This document shows, piece after piece, positions 31,217 through 42,000 of a stretch of 64,000 nt of DNA. The position numbers and the translations under genes were made by a program. The notes beneath the pieces were generated by a model. It ran no database searches. It was given only the letters and a program-made list of their open reading frames with translations, and was not told where the DNA came from. The stretch's first letter is position 1. Each line of letters begins with the position of its first letter. This DNA comes from Hydrurus foetidus. Lineage: Eukaryota. Where the stretch lies: positions 124,001-188,000 of the forward strand of contig UYFQ01000004.1 of the NCBI GenBank assembly GCA_900617105.1. Direction: 5' to 3'.

Positions 31217-32374
31217 GTGGATCCCGAAGAACTTAGAGCTTGGCTGCGACTGCAGCTGACACCCAGCGTGGGCAATAGCACCGCGCGCAAGCTATTGGTC
31301 GCCTTTGGTCTGCCGCAGATGGTGTTTGCACAATCACTGGTGGCCTTGGAAGCCTGTGTCAGCGCCCGCCAAGCTGGGGCACTATTGCAAGAGCCCCCAG
31401 AGTTGGCGGCCCAGTTGCAAACCACCCTGGACTGGCTGGCCGCCCAGCCTGAGCAACGCCGCGTGCTGGCCCTGGGCGATCCGCATTACCCCCAGGCCTT
31501 GCTGGACATGGAAGACCCGCCTCTGCTGCTCTACGCCATGGGCGCTGGCAACCAGTGGCAGGGTTTGGCGCAGTGCGCTGCCACCGGTATCGCTGTGGTC
31601 GGCAGCCGCAACCCCACACCACAAGGCAGAGCCAATGCGCGGCAGTTTTCCCAGGCTTTGGCTGAAGCGGGTCTGACCGTGGTGTCGGGTCTGGCGCTCG
31701 GTGTGGACGGTGCGGCCCACGAAGGCGCGCTCGACGGCGCTTGCGATGGTCAACTGGCCACCATTGCCGTGGTGGGCACCGGTCTGGACCGGGTCTACCC
31801 CAAAGACCATTTCGACCTCGCGCACCGCATTGCCCAGCGCGGCCTGCTGCTCAGCGAATACGCGCTGGGCACGCCGCCGCTGTCCGCCAACTTCCCCAAA
31901 CGCAACCGCATCATTGCCGGACTGGCACGCGGCACCCTGGTGGTAGAGGCTGCGCTCAAGTCCGGGTCATTGATTACGGCACGCCTCGCAGTGGAGCAGG
32001 GCAAGGACGTATTCGCCATTCCGGGGTCCATCCACGCCACCCAGGCCCGCGGCTGCCATGCCCTGATCAAGCAGGGGGCCAAGCTGGTGGAATGCGCCCA
32101 GGACATTCTGGAAGAACTGCAACTTCCTGGCAGCTTCCAAATCGCTATGAATTCAGGAGCTGCTCAGGCAGATTCCACGGGGGCTGAACCCCTGAATGAC
32201 ACGGAGACCTCGGTGCTGGACGCCCTGGGCTACGACCCCAGCGGGCTGGACGCCCTGCAGGCCCGCACTGGCCTGGACACCGCCAGCCTGCAAGCCCTGC
32301 TGATGGGCTTGGAATTGCAGGGCCAGGTGGCACGCCTGCCCGGCGGGCTATTCCAGCGCATGGCCCAGGCCTAG
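31217..32374 (+). CDS. dprA: DNA processing protein DprA
   Basis: AVVGSRNPT, VSGLALGVDGAAH, FPKRNRIIAGL, VEAALKSGSLITA. Confidence 0.96.
   Translation: MDPEELRAWLRLQLTPSVGNSTARKLLVAFGLPQMVFAQSLVALEACVSARQAGALLQEPPELAAQLQTTLDWLAAQPEQRRVLALGDPHYPQALLDMEDPPLLLYAMGAGNQWQGLAQCAATGIAVVGSRNPTPQGRANARQFSQALAEAGLTVVSGLALGVDGAAHEGALDGACDGQLATIAVVGTGLDRVYPKDHFDLAHRIAQRGLLLSEYALGTPPLSANFPKRNRIIAGLARGTLVVEAALKSGSLITARLAVEQGKDVFAIPGSIHATQARGCHALIKQGAKLVECAQDILEELQLPGSFQIAMNSGAAQADSTGAEPLNDTETSVLDALGYDPSGLDALQARTGLDTASLQALLMGLELQGQVARLPGGLFQRMAQA
32142..32192 (-). repeat. 51-bp dispersed motif, copy inside the dprA linker
   Basis: Reverse complement GGGGTTCAGCCCCCGTGGAATCTGCCTGAGCAGCTCCTGAATTCATAGCGA. Confidence 0.8.
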
Positions 32375-32466
32375 ACCCGGACCCGACAACGCCTTCAATC
32401 GGGAGAAAAGAGGGGCAGTTTCGCCTGCCGGCGCGAAGCCGTTTTTTCTGCGCTATATTGGCTCCC

Positions 32467-32964
32467 ATGTTTGAAGTGCTTGTCTTCGTTTACGAAAACT
32501 ATTACGCCGATGAGGGCTACCCCGAGCCGGCGCATCTCCAGCGCAAACTCAGCGCTGTTGGCTTTGAGGCCGACGAAATTGAGGAGGCTATGACTTGGCT
32601 CAATGGCCTGAGCACCGCGTCGCGCGGAGCCCGCCCAATTCCAGAATCCTTACCCACCGTGCTGGCCGATCCCTGGCTGCGCTTGCCGCTGGCGTCCAGT
32701 GTGCGCATTTACCCGCAGTACGAACAAAACCACCTGGGCCCCCAGTGCTTGGGCTTTATTAGCTTTTTGGAGTCCAGCGGCGCGCTGCCTGCGCGTATGC
32801 GCGAGGTGGTGATTGACCGCGCCATGGCCGCGCCCGGCAGCCCGGTGGCGCTGGACGACCTGAAAACAATTATTTTGATGGTGTTCTGGAGTTTTGGACT
32901 GGAGCCCGATGCTTTGGTACTCGACGAGCTGTGTGACAGCCCCGGCGACCGCGTCGCCCACTAA
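32467..32964 (+). CDS. smg: Smg (DUF494) protein
   Basis: MFEVLVFVYENY, LSAVGF, REVVIDRAMA; follows dprA. Confidence 0.9.
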   Translation: MFEVLVFVYENYYADEGYPEPAHLQRKLSAVGFEADEIEEAMTWLNGLSTASRGARPIPESLPTVLADPWLRLPLASSVRIYPQYEQNHLGPQCLGFISFLESSGALPARMREVVIDRAMAAPGSPVALDDLKTIILMVFWSFGLEPDALVLDELCDSPGDRVAH

Positions 32965-32995
32965 TTAAGCCACCACGCTCCACCGCTGAGCGGGT

Positions 32996-35671
32996 TTAGG
33001 CCAGCAGGCGCTCGGGGTTGGCTTCGATCTTGGCCAATGCTTCGCGCGTGGCGCGCACGGTCAGCGCTTCTTCCTCTTGTGGCAATAGTAGGCCGGCCTG
33101 CAAGTAAGCAGCCAGTCGCCCCCCCTGAATCAGGAAGCTTTTGCCGGAGGTAGACGCAAACAGGTTCAGGTGCTTGCGGTCACTGCGCCAAGCGAACTGC
33201 ACCTGGGTAATCTGGTTGTTGTGGTCCAGCGTGAACCACGAGCCCAACTGGAGCTCCTGCGCCCAGGCCAGCATGGCGGCCGTAGGTTTGGAGCCTCCGT
33301 TGGCCACCACTTCGAGCGCCGAGGCGTCAATGCCCAGCATCATCTCGATGCTCTCTGCATCCAGTGGCAAATCGCCCATGCCGTCTTCGCTGACAAAGTC
33401 TTCCAGATTGCCCAAGCGCTGCGCCATCGCATCGATCTTGGCTTGCGGAATCGCCTGGGTCTTGGACATGAAGGCGTCAGCCAAGGTATCGCTGATGCGT
33501 TTCACATGGCCTTCTTGCTCGCTGGGCGCCATGGCCAGCAGCGTCATGCCGGAGCGCAGGCGCAGCAGCAAATTCGGCAGGTCCTGAATCACCTTGGCGC
33601 GGTCCGCCCGGTTGGGCTTGGCACTCGCCGCCCAGATCAGGTCGGTGGCCGATTTTTTTAGCACCAGTGTGTCGGCGTGCCGCGGGCCCTTGCGCACGGC
33701 GGCCACGGCCAGCACTTCCGCCCAGACCTTGAACAGAAAGTCACGGATTTCTTCGCGCACCGGCATGTCTTTCAGCATGTTGCGCATCTCAATGGTGTAC
33801 TGGATGGCCAGGGTCTCTTTCTGCTCGACCTGCTGCGCCACGCTCACGACCTTTTGGGTTGGACCCTTTTCGGTGAGGAACTTGGAAAGGAATTTCTGAA
33901 ACTCCTCGAACACGATCTGATAGACCTTCTTGCCCGTCTCGGGGTATTGCTCGACCACCTGCACGATGCGCTTGATCTCGGTCTCCATCGCCTTGCCCTG
34001 GACGCCCGCGGCATCAAAGCCCATGACACAGGAGCCCATTCGGTCGATCAGCTGGCGGGCCGGGTGGTCGGCGGTACCAAAGAAGTCTGGGTCCTCCAGC
34101 GCCACGCGCAGCACCGGCATTTGCAGACGTGCAAACCAGACGCGGATACCCGGAGGAATGCGCTCCTCGGCCAGAATGGCCTGGAACATCAAGGCCACGA
34201 TCTCGATGGTGGCCTTCTCGCCCTTGGTTTCGGCTTTTTTCTTGAGTTCGGCAGATTTTTCGCGCAGGTCGCCGGCCACCCGAGCCACACCGGCCGGGCT
34301 GTAGTCTTCGTAAAGCGTGCCGCCTGCGGCGTAGGCCATGACACCACTGGCGTCCATGCGCGGCGCCATAGCTGCGGCCAAAGCAGGCGAGGGATTGTGG
34401 TGGGCCGTGCCCACAAAATCGCCACCGCCATGACTGACAAACAGCCGGCGAATCTGGCCAATCACCCCTTGTGCCCGACTGCGCGCACGGGCGATTGGCG
34501 TGTTCGTGGTCAGCATGCGGGTCTCTTCGGACGCGCCGTAGGCCTGGCCGGGCATGCTGTTGGAACCTGCAGATTGGCGCCAGAACGGGGTCGGTGTAGA
34601 GGGCGTCACGCTCTGCGGGCCTGTCATCCCCGCAGCTTGTGCAGCACCTGCGGGCGCAGCATTACCGCCAACGCCCCAACCCAGGCGTCCGCCAAAAAAT
34701 CCGCCGCCGGAGCGCGGTGCGCCACCACCGGCAGGCCCTGGACCGGAAGACTCGGCGCCCGCCTGGCCACCCTGACCAGCGTGGCCCTGACCGCCCTGGC
34801 TTTGGCCATGGCCGCCTTGCGTTCCGCCGCCCATGGGGCCACCCTCAAGACCGGCATGGCCCGTCGGCGCGTAGGCTTGTTGATAGCCACCACCGCCCTG
34901 CGGGCCGCCGCCATAACCACCTACGTCGCCGTAGCCGCTGGGGCCCATCTCGCCGGGTTGGGGCTGCTGCGTCTGGGCGCCCGGCGCCGGCGGGCGGGGG
35001 CGATTGGCCCCCATTGGGCGCACTGGCGCCTTGACGCGGTCTTTCAGCTCAATGGTGGGCATCACGCCCTTGCTAATCAATACGTCGTTCGCATTCTTGT
35101 AGGCAATCACCAGACGCTCAATCAGCAGCTTCTGCACCACCTCATTCACCATGGACCAAGACTCGCCCGGCATACCCGATTGCGCCCACTGCTCCACCAT
35201 CAGCAGCACCAGCACCTCGGGGCGCAGCAGGTCATTGCTTTCCAGATCTTCCGTGCCTTCAAGGTACTTGATGCGCACCCGCAGATCATCGAGTTGGGGC
35301 AGCACTTTCTCGTTGACGGCCAGCACCAAACGGGAGGCGAGGATCTTGTTCTCCACCACCTCGGCGCCCACCAGTTCCAGGCTGGCGTTTTCCAGCGAAG
35401 CCGCCTTCTTCTGCTTGGCCGGCTCCAGGCACTCACGCCAGGCCTTCATGGTCCCGTCCAGCCACAGGGGCCGGCAGCGCTTGTAGGTCATCCAGGTGTC
35501 GCGCCGCGTCTGGGAGTCGCGGGCATTGGCCAGCTCGTCCATCAGCGTCGTCAAGCGCTCCTGCACCGCACCGCCGATTTCCAGCGCAGCTTTGCCTGCT
35601 TCCGCCAAAAAGCGCTCACGCACCGCGCGGGCGAGTTGCAATCGGGGAGAAAGAGCGGGGCCGGTTGCCAT
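32996..35671 (-). CDS. DUF1631-like large helical protein with a Gly/Gln/Pro-rich low-complexity insert
   Basis: TIEIVALMFQAIL, LQMPVLRVALEDPDFF...HPARQLIDR motifs. Confidence 0.8.
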   Translation of the reverse strand: MATGPALSPRLQLARAVRERFLAEAGKAALEIGGAVQERLTTLMDELANARDSQTRRDTWMTYKRCRPLWLDGTMKAWRECLEPAKQKKAASLENASLELVGAEVVENKILASRLVLAVNEKVLPQLDDLRVRIKYLEGTEDLESNDLLRPEVLVLLMVEQWAQSGMPGESWSMVNEVVQKLLIERLVIAYKNANDVLISKGVMPTIELKDRVKAPVRPMGANRPRPPAPGAQTQQPQPGEMGPSGYGDVGGYGGGPQGGGGYQQAYAPTGHAGLEGGPMGGGTQGGHGQSQGGQGHAGQGGQAGAESSGPGPAGGGAPRSGGGFFGGRLGWGVGGNAAPAGAAQAAGMTGPQSVTPSTPTPFWRQSAGSNSMPGQAYGASEETRMLTTNTPIARARSRAQGVIGQIRRLFVSHGGGDFVGTAHHNPSPALAAAMAPRMDASGVMAYAAGGTLYEDYSPAGVARVAGDLREKSAELKKKAETKGEKATIEIVALMFQAILAEERIPPGIRVWFARLQMPVLRVALEDPDFFGTADHPARQLIDRMGSCVMGFDAAGVQGKAMETEIKRIVQVVEQYPETGKKVYQIVFEEFQKFLSKFLTEKGPTQKVVSVAQQVEQKETLAIQYTIEMRNMLKDMPVREEIRDFLFKVWAEVLAVAAVRKGPRHADTLVLKKSATDLIWAASAKPNRADRAKVIQDLPNLLLRLRSGMTLLAMAPSEQEGHVKRISDTLADAFMSKTQAIPQAKIDAMAQRLGNLEDFVSEDGMGDLPLDAESIEMMLGIDASALEVVANGGSKPTAAMLAWAQELQLGSWFTLDHNNQITQVQFAWRSDRKHLNLFASTSGKSFLIQGGRLAAYLQAGLLLPQEEEALTVRATREALAKIEANPERLLA

Positions 35672-35682
35672 GTTTTTGTCGC

Positions 35683-36636
35683 TTAAACCGTTGCGCCCGC
35701 GTTGGGGTCGTTGGGGTCGGTGTCCTTCTTGGGGCCGCCCTTGACCAAGTCTTCGCGCTGGATGCCCAGCCACATGGCAATGGCTGCGGCCACAAAGACC
35801 GAAGAGTAAATACCGAACAAGATACCGATGGTCAGCGCCAAGGCAAAGTAGTGCAGCGTGGCGCCGCCGAACAACAGCATGGACAGCACCATCATCTGGG
35901 TCGCACCATGGGTGATGATGGTGCGGCTGATGGTGGAAGTGATCGCGTTGTCGATGATCTCTTCGGTGTTCATCTTGCGGTAGCGGCGAAAGTTCTCGCG
36001 GATCCGGTCAAAGATCACCACCGACTCGTTCACCGAGTACCCCAACACCGCCAGCACCGCGGCCAAAACGGGAAGTGAAAACTCCCACTGGAAGAAGGCA
36101 AAGAAGCCCAGGATGATGACCACATCGTGCAAGTTGGCGATGATGGCTGCGACAGCGAACTTCCACTCGAAGCGAATCGCTAGATACAACATGATGCCGA
36201 CCACCACAAAGGCCAGCGCCTTGAGGCCATCGGCAGCCAGCTCATCCCCCACCTGGGGACCCACAAACTCAGTTCGGCGCATGGTGGCAGAAGCATCTGC
36301 CGCCTTGAGTGCAACCATGACGGCATCGCTTTGCTGGCCGGAGGTTGTGCCTTTGGGCACGGGCATGCGAATCAGTACATCGCGCGCGGTGCCAAAGTTT
36401 TGCACCTGCACGTCCTTGATGCCCAAGGTATCGATGGTGCTGCGCACCACGTTCAGATCTGCGGGCTGGGCGTAGCTCACCTCCATCAAAGTGCCGCCAG
36501 TGAATTCCACCGACAGGTGCAGGGGACGGGTAATGAGGAAGAACACCGCTGCCACAAAAGTGATCAGCGAGACCAGATTGAATACCAAGGCATTCCGCAT
36601 AAACGGAATGTCGCGGCGTATTTTGAAGAATTCCAT
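35683..36636 (-). CDS. secF: Protein translocase subunit SecF
   Basis: SVEFTGGT, VGPQVG, GYSVNESVVIFDRIRENF. Confidence 0.97.
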   Translation of the reverse strand: MEFFKIRRDIPFMRNALVFNLVSLITFVAAVFFLITRPLHLSVEFTGGTLMEVSYAQPADLNVVRSTIDTLGIKDVQVQNFGTARDVLIRMPVPKGTTSGQQSDAVMVALKAADASATMRRTEFVGPQVGDELAADGLKALAFVVVGIMLYLAIRFEWKFAVAAIIANLHDVVIILGFFAFFQWEFSLPVLAAVLAVLGYSVNESVVIFDRIRENFRRYRKMNTEEIIDNAITSTISRTIITHGATQMMVLSMLLFGGATLHYFALALTIGILFGIYSSVFVAAAIAMWLGIQREDLVKGGPKKDTDPNDPNAGATV

Positions 36637-36648
36637 GCCCGTTTCCCT

Positions 36649-38529
36649 TTAATTGGTCGTCACCTGATTGCCGGAATCAGGCCGCCACACCGTGCCAATG
36701 GACACCGCCTTGAGCTTCTTTTGGCGACCGTACCACAAATTGACCACGCCCCGGGAGAAGAAGACCCCGGAGAACATGCTGGTCAAAATACCCAGGCAGT
36801 GCACCACCGCAAAGCCGCGCACCGGGCCGGAGCCGAAGGCCAGCAAGGCCAGGCCGGCGATCAAGGTGGTGACGTTGGAGTCGATGATGGTGGCCCAGGC
36901 GCGGTCGTAGCCGGCGTGGATGGCAGCCTGCGGCGAGGCGCCATTGCGCAACTCTTCGCGAATGCGTTCATTGATAAGCACGTTGGCGTCAATCGCCATA
37001 CCGAGCACCAGTGCCATGGCGGCCATGCCGGGCAGGGTCAGCGTGGCTTGCAGCATGGACAGCACGGCCACCAACAGCAACAGGTTGAATGCCAATGCCA
37101 CGCTGGAGATCACGCCAAACAGCATGTAGTACACGCACATGAAGACCGTCACGGCCAAGAAACCCCAGGTCACGCTGTGGAAACCCTTGGCAATGTTCTC
37201 GGCACCCAGACTGGGGCCAATGGTGCGTTCTTCAATGATTTCCATGGGGGCAGCCAGCGAACCTGCTCGCAATAGCAAGGACGTGTCCGCCGCTTCCACC
37301 GTGGTCATGCGGCCGGAAATCTGCACGCGGCCACCACCAATTTCCGAACGAATCACGGGGGCCGTCACCACTTCGCCCTTGCCTTTTTCAAACAAGAGGA
37401 TGGCCATGCGCTTGCCGATGTTCTCGCGGGTCACGTCGCGGAAGATGCGCGAACCCTTGGCGTCCAGCGATAGGTTGACCGTGGGTTCCTGGGTCTGGCT
37501 GTCAAAGCCAGGCTGGGCGTCGGTGAGATTTTCGCCGGTCAGGATGACCTGTTTTTTAACCACAACGCCCTGGCCATTACGTTCCAAGTAGCGCTCAGAC
37601 CCAAAGGGCACCGGGCCGGCGCCAGACTCGGCAGCACGCGCCTCGGAACCTTCGTCCACCATGCGGATTTCCAGCGTGGCGGTGCGGCCCAAAATGTCCT
37701 TGGCCTTGGCCGTATCTTGCACGCCAGGCAGTTGCACCACGATGCGGTCCGCGCCCTGCTGCTGGATCACGGGCTCGGCCACGCCCAGCTCGTTGATCCG
37801 GTTGTGCAGGGTGGTGATGTTTTGCTTGAGCGCCTGGGTTTGCACAGCGCGGGCGGCCACGGGCTTGATGGAGGCGACCATCTTCACATCAGTACCGTCG
37901 GCGGTTTGCACGGTTTCAAGGTCGACAAACTGGTCTTGGATGATGCGCTTGGCGGCCTCAGCGGCGGGCGCATCGCGGAAACGGATTTCGATGGTCTGGG
38001 CGTTGCGGGTGATGCCGCCGTGGCGCACATTCTTTTCCCGCAAGGTGGTGCGGATGTCACCGGCCAGCGACTCTGCCTTCTTGGTCAGCGCGGCTTGCAT
38101 GTCCACCTGCAGCATGAAGTGCACGCCACCGCGCAAGTCCAGCCCCAGGTACATGGGCGAAGCGCGCAGCGCGGTCAACCAGGCGGGGGAGCGCGACAGC
38201 AGGTTCAACGCCACCACATAGGCGGGGTCCGCTGCGTCGGGGTTCAACGCCTTTTGCAGCGCGTCCTTGGCCTTCAGCTGGGCATCGGTGTCGGCAAAAC
38301 GGGCCTTGATGGAGGTGCCTTCCAGGCTCAGCGCCTCGGGCACCAGACCAGCTGTTTTCAGGACCTCTTCGACCTTGGCCAGGGCCACGGGGTCAAGCTT
38401 GAGGCTGGCCTTGGCCACCGACACCTGCACGGCAGGGGATTCACCAAACACATTCGGCAGGGCGTACAAGCCGCCCACCACGAGCGCGATCAGGATGATC
38501 GCGTACTTCCACACCGGGTAACGGTTCAT
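36649..38529 (-). CDS. secD: Protein translocase subunit SecD
   Basis: LGLDLRGGVHF, RINELGVAEP, IGPSLG, DANVLINERIREE. Confidence 0.97.
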   Translation of the reverse strand: MNRYPVWKYAIILIALVVGGLYALPNVFGESPAVQVSVAKASLKLDPVALAKVEEVLKTAGLVPEALSLEGTSIKARFADTDAQLKAKDALQKALNPDAADPAYVVALNLLSRSPAWLTALRASPMYLGLDLRGGVHFMLQVDMQAALTKKAESLAGDIRTTLREKNVRHGGITRNAQTIEIRFRDAPAAEAAKRIIQDQFVDLETVQTADGTDVKMVASIKPVAARAVQTQALKQNITTLHNRINELGVAEPVIQQQGADRIVVQLPGVQDTAKAKDILGRTATLEIRMVDEGSEARAAESGAGPVPFGSERYLERNGQGVVVKKQVILTGENLTDAQPGFDSQTQEPTVNLSLDAKGSRIFRDVTRENIGKRMAILLFEKGKGEVVTAPVIRSEIGGGRVQISGRMTTVEAADTSLLLRAGSLAAPMEIIEERTIGPSLGAENIAKGFHSVTWGFLAVTVFMCVYYMLFGVISSVALAFNLLLLVAVLSMLQATLTLPGMAAMALVLGMAIDANVLINERIREELRNGASPQAAIHAGYDRAWATIIDSNVTTLIAGLALLAFGSGPVRGFAVVHCLGILTSMFSGVFFSRGVVNLWYGRQKKLKAVSIGTVWRPDSGNQVTTN

Positions 38530-38553
38530 GATCGCGCGTCGCTTTGAGAGAAA

Positions 38554-38892
38554 TTACTTGATGGAACCCTTGGGCAACACTTGCACCACGGCGCTGCGCT
38601 GCACTTGCACTTCCACGCCATTGGCCACTTCCAGCCCGACGTAGCTGTCACCCACCTTGGTGACCTTGCCCAGAATGCCGCCGGCAGTCACGATTTCATC
38701 GCCCTTGGCGATGGCTTCGATCATGGCCTTGTGCTCTTTTTGCTTTTTCATCTGCGGGCGGATCATCACAAAATACAGCACTACAAACATCAACACGATG
38801 GGCAACATTTGGCCGAGGCCGCCAAACATGGAATCGATCCCCCCAGAGGCAGCAGCAGGGGCGGTTTGGGCAAAAGCAGAAGAAATAAACAC
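38554..38892 (-). CDS. yajC: Preprotein translocase subunit YajC
   Basis: YFVMIRPQMKKQKEH, KGDEIVTAGGILG. Confidence 0.96.
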   Translation of the reverse strand: MFISSAFAQTAPAAASGGIDSMFGGLGQMLPIVLMFVVLYFVMIRPQMKKQKEHKAMIEAIAKGDEIVTAGGILGKVTKVGDSYVGLEVANGVEVQVQRSAVVQVLPKGSIK

Positions 38893-39032
38893 AGGCAAAC
38901 TCCACAAAAATGGACCAACTACAAAAGCGCTTTCGCTTCAGGGGCAGCCGTGCACGGCCTTGCCGACCCAAGGCGGGCAACCGGTCATTGTAAGCGGGGG
39001 AAAAGGCCCGCCCGGGCCGGGCGGGCAAGGCC

Positions 39033-42000
39033 CTAGGCGGCCTGGGTTTGCTTGACAGCGGGGGCTTGCTGGTATTGCGCCAGCAAGGCGGTCCACTGCA
39101 GGCGTGCGGCCTGCAGATGGCGGGCTTTCACATGGCCAAAACCGCGAATCTGCTCGGGCAGTTTGGCAAACGCCACGGCCGCGTCGCGGTTGCTGGCGCC
39201 CAGCGTGGGCAACAGCGATTCGACGGCCTGGCGGTACTCGCCCGCCAGGGCGCGCTCCTCGCGGCGCTCGTCGGTGTAGCCAAACACATCCAGCGCTGTG
39301 CCGCGCAGCACCTTGAGCGGCGCCAACAGGCCAAAGGCCACGCGCATCCAGCTGCCAAAGCGCATCTTCTGCAGCTCGCCGTGGTCGTTCTTGCGGGCCA
39401 GCAGGGGCGGCGCCAGGTGGTAGGCCAGTTTGAAGTCACCCTCGAACATGCCCTCCACCTTGGCGCGGAAGGCGGTGTCGGTGTGCAGGCGGGCCACCTC
39501 GTACTCGTCCTTGTAGGCCATGAGCTTGAACAGGTAGCGGGCTACGGCCTCGGCCAGTGGCTGCTTATCGCCGCCGACCGCCGATACCTCTGCCGCACGC
39601 ACCTTGGCCACGAAGTCGGCATAGCTCTGCGCGTAGGCCGCGTTCTGGTAACCGGTCAAAAACTCCACCCGCTTGTGCACCAAAGCATCCAACGACTGGT
39701 GCTGGCGCGGCGTGAAGGCAATCACCTGGCCAGGGTTGATGGCGCGCTGCACCGCAGGCCAGTCCACCGCGGCACGGCGGCCCCACTCGAACGCGGCCTT
39801 GTTGTTGGCCACGGCCACGGCGTTGAGCTCAACGGCGCGCATGAGCGACGCCAGACCCAGCGGAATCCAGCCCTTTTGCCAGGCGAAGCCCAGCATCATG
39901 GGGTTGGTGTAAATGCTGTCGCCCATCAGATGGGTGGCTGCGGCATCGGCGTCAAACACGCCCACGTTGGCCTCGCCGACGGTCTTGGCAATGTCGGCCA
40001 CGCACTGCTCGCCGGGGTTGGTCCAGTTGGCGTTTTTGACAAAGGCGGCGGTGGGCGCGCTGTTGGAGTTCAGCGCCACATGGGTGCGACCTGGGCGCAT
40101 GCGCACCAGGGTTTCCTTGCCCGCCACCACAATGGGGTCGCAGCCCAGCACCAGGTCGGCGGAGGCCGTGCCCACGCGGGTGGTGCGGATGGCGTTCTGG
40201 TCGGCCCCGATCAGCACATGGCTCCAGGTGGCGCCGCCCTTCTGGGCCAGGCCACCGGCGTCCTGCGTGACGATGCCCTTGCCTTCCAGGTGCGCGGCCA
40301 CGCCCAGCAACTGGCCAATGGTGATGACGCCGGTGCCGCCCACGCCAGCGACGATGGTGCCCCAGACGCCGCCGGGCGTACTGGCCACATCGGGAATCAG
40401 CGGCTCAGGCAAGGTCGGCCAGGACGCTGGCTTGGCCTCGCCCGCCTTGGGTTTGGCGGCCTTTTTGAGCGAGCCGCCTTCCACCGTGACAAAGCTGGGG
40501 CAAAAGCCCTTGACGCAGGAAAAGTCCTTGTTGCAGGTGCTTTGGTTGATCTGGCGCTTGCGGCCGAATTCGGTCTCCAGCGGCTCCACGCTCATGCAGT
40601 TGCTTTGCACGCCGCAGTCGCCGCAGCCCTCACAGACCAGCTCGTTGATGACCACGCGCTTGGCCGGGTCCACCAGCGTGCCGCGCTTGCGGCGGCGGCG
40701 TTTCTCGGTCGCGCAGGTCTGGTCGTAAATGATGACGGTCGTGCCTTTGATCTCGCGAAACTCGCGCTGGATGCGGTCCAGCTCGTCGCGGTGTTCGATG
40801 GCAACGCCTTCGGGCAGGCCCAGCGCGCCCGGTGCGCGCTCCCGTTTCATGTCGTCGTACTTCTCGGGCTCGTCGGTCACCACTACGATTTTGATAGCAC
40901 CCTCCGCACGCATGCTCTGGGCTATCTGCACCACCGAGTGTCCTTCGGGCCGCTCTCCGACCTGCTGGCCGCCGGTCATGGCCACGGCGTCGTTGTAGAG
41001 AATTTTGTAGGTGATGTTGACGCCCGCGGCAATGCTCTGGCGCACCGCCAGCAGGCCGCTGTGGAAGTAGGTGCCATCACCGAGGTTGGCAAAGATGTGC
41101 TGGTCGTGGGTGAAGGGTTGCTGGCCGACCCAGGGCACGCCCTCGCCGCCCATTTGCGTGAAGCCGTCGGTGCTGCGGTCCATCCAGATCGTCATGAAGT
41201 GGCAGCCAATGCCGGCCATGGCGCGCGAGCCCTCGGGCACCTTGGTACTGGTGTTGTGCGGGCAGCCCGAGCAGAACCAGGGCTGGCGGTCCGCGCCCTT
41301 GGCGCCCGACAGCTCGATCACGTGCATGGCGCGTTCCTTGGCCTCCAGAATCGCCATCTGCGCGTCGATGCGGGCTGTTGTGTCCGCGTCCAGCCCCAGT
41401 TTCTTGATGCGCTGGGCGATGGCGCGCGCAATGATGGCGGGGTTGAGGTCGGCATTGGCCCGCAGCAGCGTGTTGGCCGTGGGGTTGGGCATGGACCATT
41501 CGCCGCCGGCACCAAACTGGTCGCCGGTGTCCACCTCGTTGAACTTGCCCAGCACGGTGGGCCGCACGTCGGGGCGCCAGTTGTAGAGCTCTTCTTTCAG
41601 CTGGTATTCAATGACCTGGCGCTTTTCTTCCACCACCAGAATCTCCTGCAGGCCGGTGGCGAATTCGCGTGTCAGCTGCGCCTCCAGTGGCCAGACCACG
41701 CCGACCTTGTGCAGACGGATGCCAATGCGTTGGCAGGTCGCGTCGTCCAGCCCTAAATCGAGCAACGCCTGGCGCGTGTCGTTGTAGGCCTTGCCGCTGG
41801 CGATGAGGCCGAAGCGGTCGTTCGGACCTTCAATCACGTTGTAGTTCAGGCGGTTGGCGCGGATGTAGGCCAGGGCCGCGTACCACTTGTAGTCGAACAA
41901 CCGGGCTTCCTGCTCCAGCGCATGGTCGGGCCAGCGGATATGCAGGCCGCCCGGGGGAATCACGAAGTCAGTCGGTATCTTGATCTGCACCCGGTCCGGA

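Noticed and set aside
39048..41756. 902-aa plus-strand ORF (also 60033-62912, 33677-35686, 52125-53915, 16258-17577 and similar)
   Set aside because: Antisense shadows of well-supported genes in GC-rich DNA; no recognisable motifs
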